DNA from: an uncultured delta proteobacterium
Lineage (GTDB): Bacteria; Desulfobacterota; Desulfobacteria; Desulfobacterales; UBA2156
Length of the DNA stretch: 64,000 nucleotides
NCBI GenBank assembly: GCA_963736855.1
Contig: CAVTQK010000021.1
Coordinates: 352,001 to 416,000, forward strand
Direction: 5' to 3'
A program made the position numbers and the translations under genes. The notes beneath the pieces were generated by a model. The model saw nothing but the letters and a program-made list of their open reading frames with translations, was not told the DNA's origin and did no database searches. Positions 62,088 through 64,000 of this stretch are shown here, in pieces. Every line of letters starts with the position of its first letter. Positions within the stretch are counted from its first letter, which is position 1.

Positions 62088-63527
62088 CTACCGGATCTTC
62101 CAGACGGTTCCGTCGGGCCGATCCTCCAACAGGACGTTCATGGATTCGAGTTTCCGGCGGATTACATCGGCCCTGGCCCAGTCTTTGGCTATCCGGGCTG
62201 CGGTTCGTTCGGTTACAAGTGCATCCACGGCAGCGGCATCGACCTGCTTTTTCTCCTGCAGACGTGCCTGCCTGCCTTCGAAATAGGCCTTGGGGGATTC
62301 GGTCAAAATCCCCAGAACGGCTCCTATTTTCCGAACGTCCCGGAGTTGCCGTATCAGTTGTTGTTGAAAATCGTTGCCGACGAACGCCGTTGTCTCGTCC
62401 ATGAGCCGATTGATTTGCCTTGCGGCTTCAAAGAGAACCCCGATCCCCTGGGCGGTATTGAAGTCATTGTCCATGGCCTCGCAGAAACGAGCCCAGTGAT
62501 CCCCGGGTTCATATTGTATCCCGACATCGTCGGTTCCCAAAACCGTTTGCGTGCGTTCCATGAGGGCATAAAGCTTGTCCAGACCGGCACCGGCCTCCTC
62601 CATGTGCTGGGGAGTGAAATCGATGGGGCTTCGGTAGTGGCTGGAAAGAAGGAAGAGCCTTAAAGCCTCCGGATGGTGCTCCTTCAGCAGATCCCGGATC
62701 AGGAGGAAGTTACCCAGGGATTTGGACATCTTCTCCTGGTTGATATTGACGAATCCGTTGTGTACCCAGTAATTTACAAAGGGTTGACCGAAGGCGGCTT
62801 CAGACTGAGCAATTTCATTTTCATGGTGCGGAAAGACCAGATCCTTTCCTCCGCCGTGGATGTCGAAGGTCTGCCCCAGGTATTCGCTGCTCATGGCCGA
62901 GCATTCGATATGCCATCCCGGCCTTCCGGCGCCCCAGGGGCTTTCCCAAAAAGGCTCCCCGGGTTTGGCGGATTTCCAGAGGACGAAATCGAAGGGGTTC
63001 CGCTTTCGCTCATCCACATCCACCCGGGCTCCAGCCTCCATATCTTCCAGCTTCCGGCCGGAAAGCTTGCCATAGCCACTGAAGGCGGTTATCGAAAAAA
63101 AGATATCCCCGTCCACTGCATAGGCGTATCCCTTTTCCATAAGAAGTCGGATAACCCGGATGATCTGCGGGATGTGGTCAGTGGCCTTGGGTTCGAATGT
63201 GGCCCGGTCCACTTTCAGGGCGTCCATGTCCTGATGGAACTCATGGATGTATTTTTCCGCAAGATCCTTCGGATCGATTCCCAGCTGGGCCGCCCTCTGG
63301 ATGATCTTGTCGTCGATGTCCGTAAAATTGCGTACATACGTCACCTCAAATCCCCGAGATCGGAAGTAACGTGCGATGACGTCGAAAACCACGACGGAAC
63401 GGGCGTGGCCGATGTGGCACGAGTCGTAAACCGTGGGCCCGCATACATACATCCGGACCATACCGGGTTCTTTCGGCACGAAAATCTCTTTTTTCCCCTT
63501 AAGGGTATTATACAGGCGAATGCTCAT
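62088..63527 (-). CDS. cysS: Cysteine--tRNA ligase
   Basis: CGPTVY, HIGH, GWHIECS, KMSKS. Confidence 0.98.
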   Translation of the reverse strand: MSIRLYNTLKGKKEIFVPKEPGMVRMYVCGPTVYDSCHIGHARSVVVFDVIARYFRSRGFEVTYVRNFTDIDDKIIQRAAQLGIDPKDLAEKYIHEFHQDMDALKVDRATFEPKATDHIPQIIRVIRLLMEKGYAYAVDGDIFFSITAFSGYGKLSGRKLEDMEAGARVDVDERKRNPFDFVLWKSAKPGEPFWESPWGAGRPGWHIECSAMSSEYLGQTFDIHGGGKDLVFPHHENEIAQSEAAFGQPFVNYWVHNGFVNINQEKMSKSLGNFLLIRDLLKEHHPEALRLFLLSSHYRSPIDFTPQHMEEAGAGLDKLYALMERTQTVLGTDDVGIQYEPGDHWARFCEAMDNDFNTAQGIGVLFEAARQINRLMDETTAFVGNDFQQQLIRQLRDVRKIGAVLGILTESPKAYFEGRQARLQEKKQVDAAAVDALVTERTAARIAKDWARADVIRRKLESMNVLLEDRPDGTVWKIR

Positions 63528-63539
63528 ACGTGTTTTGAA

Positions 63540-64000
63540 TCAGCGGCTTTCTTCCAGGAGGGCCACACACATGGCGCTGATTCCCTCTCCTTTCCCGATG
63601 AAACCCAGTTTCTCTGTGGTGGTGAACTTGATGTTGATTCGGGATGCATCTAAACCAAGAACCTCACCAACGGCAAGAGCCATCTTTTCCCGGAAAGAGG
63701 AAAGCCTGGGGGCCTCGGCGGCAACCACGGCGTCCACATTGGCGATCTGAAAACCGGCATCCCGGATCCGGTCCCGGACCTGGGCCAGAAGGGTTAGGCT
63801 CGAAACGTCTTTGAACCGGGGGTCGGAGTCGGGAAAATGCAGCCCGATATCTCCAAGACCTGCACCCCCCAGAAGCGCGTCGCAGAGGGCATGTAAAAGG
63901 ACATCCGCATCGGAATGCCCTAAAAGCCCTTTTTCAAACGGGACAGGAACTCCTCCTATGATCAGGCGCCGCCCTTCTGCCAGCCGGTGAACATCATATC
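63540..64000 (-). CDS. ispF: 2-C-methyl-D-erythritol 2,4-cyclodiphosphate synthase, 5'-truncated by window edge
   Basis: Manual translation: YDVHRL...GLLGHSDADVLLHALCDALLG...GDIG.HFP...TTEKLGFIG.GEGI. Confidence 0.95.
   Translation of the reverse strand, partial: YDVHRLAEGRRLIIGGVPVPFEKGLLGHSDADVLLHALCDALLGGAGLGDIGLHFPDSDPRFKDVSSLTLLAQVRDRIRDAGFQIANVDAVVAAEAPRLSSFREKMALAVGEVLGLDASRINIKFTTTEKLGFIGKGEGISAMCVALLEESR

Noticed and set aside
61706..63653. Long plus-strand ORFs (232, 222, 326 aa)
   Set aside because: Antisense shadows of uvrB/cysS with no recognisable motifs

Overview
Bacterial chromosomal segment, probably from an anaerobic Desulfobacterota (Deltaproteobacteria)-like organism (inferred from gene content). 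Bases 1-40.7 kb are an AT-richer, entirely plus-strand envelope glycan locus. It has a tailoring block (B12 radical SAM, radical SAM/SPASM, GlpD-like flavoprotein, methyl-/acyltransferases, MBOAT plus an SGNH-GNAT fusion, spermidine-synthase-like membrane protein), a CDP-3,6-dideoxyhexose pathway lacking the E3 reductase, and several polyprenol-phosphate/GT-C modules. It ends with WsaE/WsaF-like GTs, wzm/wzt and a methyltransferase-GT4 fusion. Bases 40.7-64 kb are mostly housekeeping genes: a stand-alone GlmU-acetyltransferase-like gene, glmM, xseAB-ispA-dxs-tlyA, an EF-G paralogue, purC, mdh, uvrBC, cysS and partial ispF, plus a ParB-like/TetR/SplB-like/nuclease block. Signals outside the ORF track are a 28-bp dif-like XerCD site at 44321-44348, a truncated MITE-like repeat at about 14937-14997, two clear +1 frameshifts and a probable third. 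All calls come from motif recognition by eye; no searches were run.
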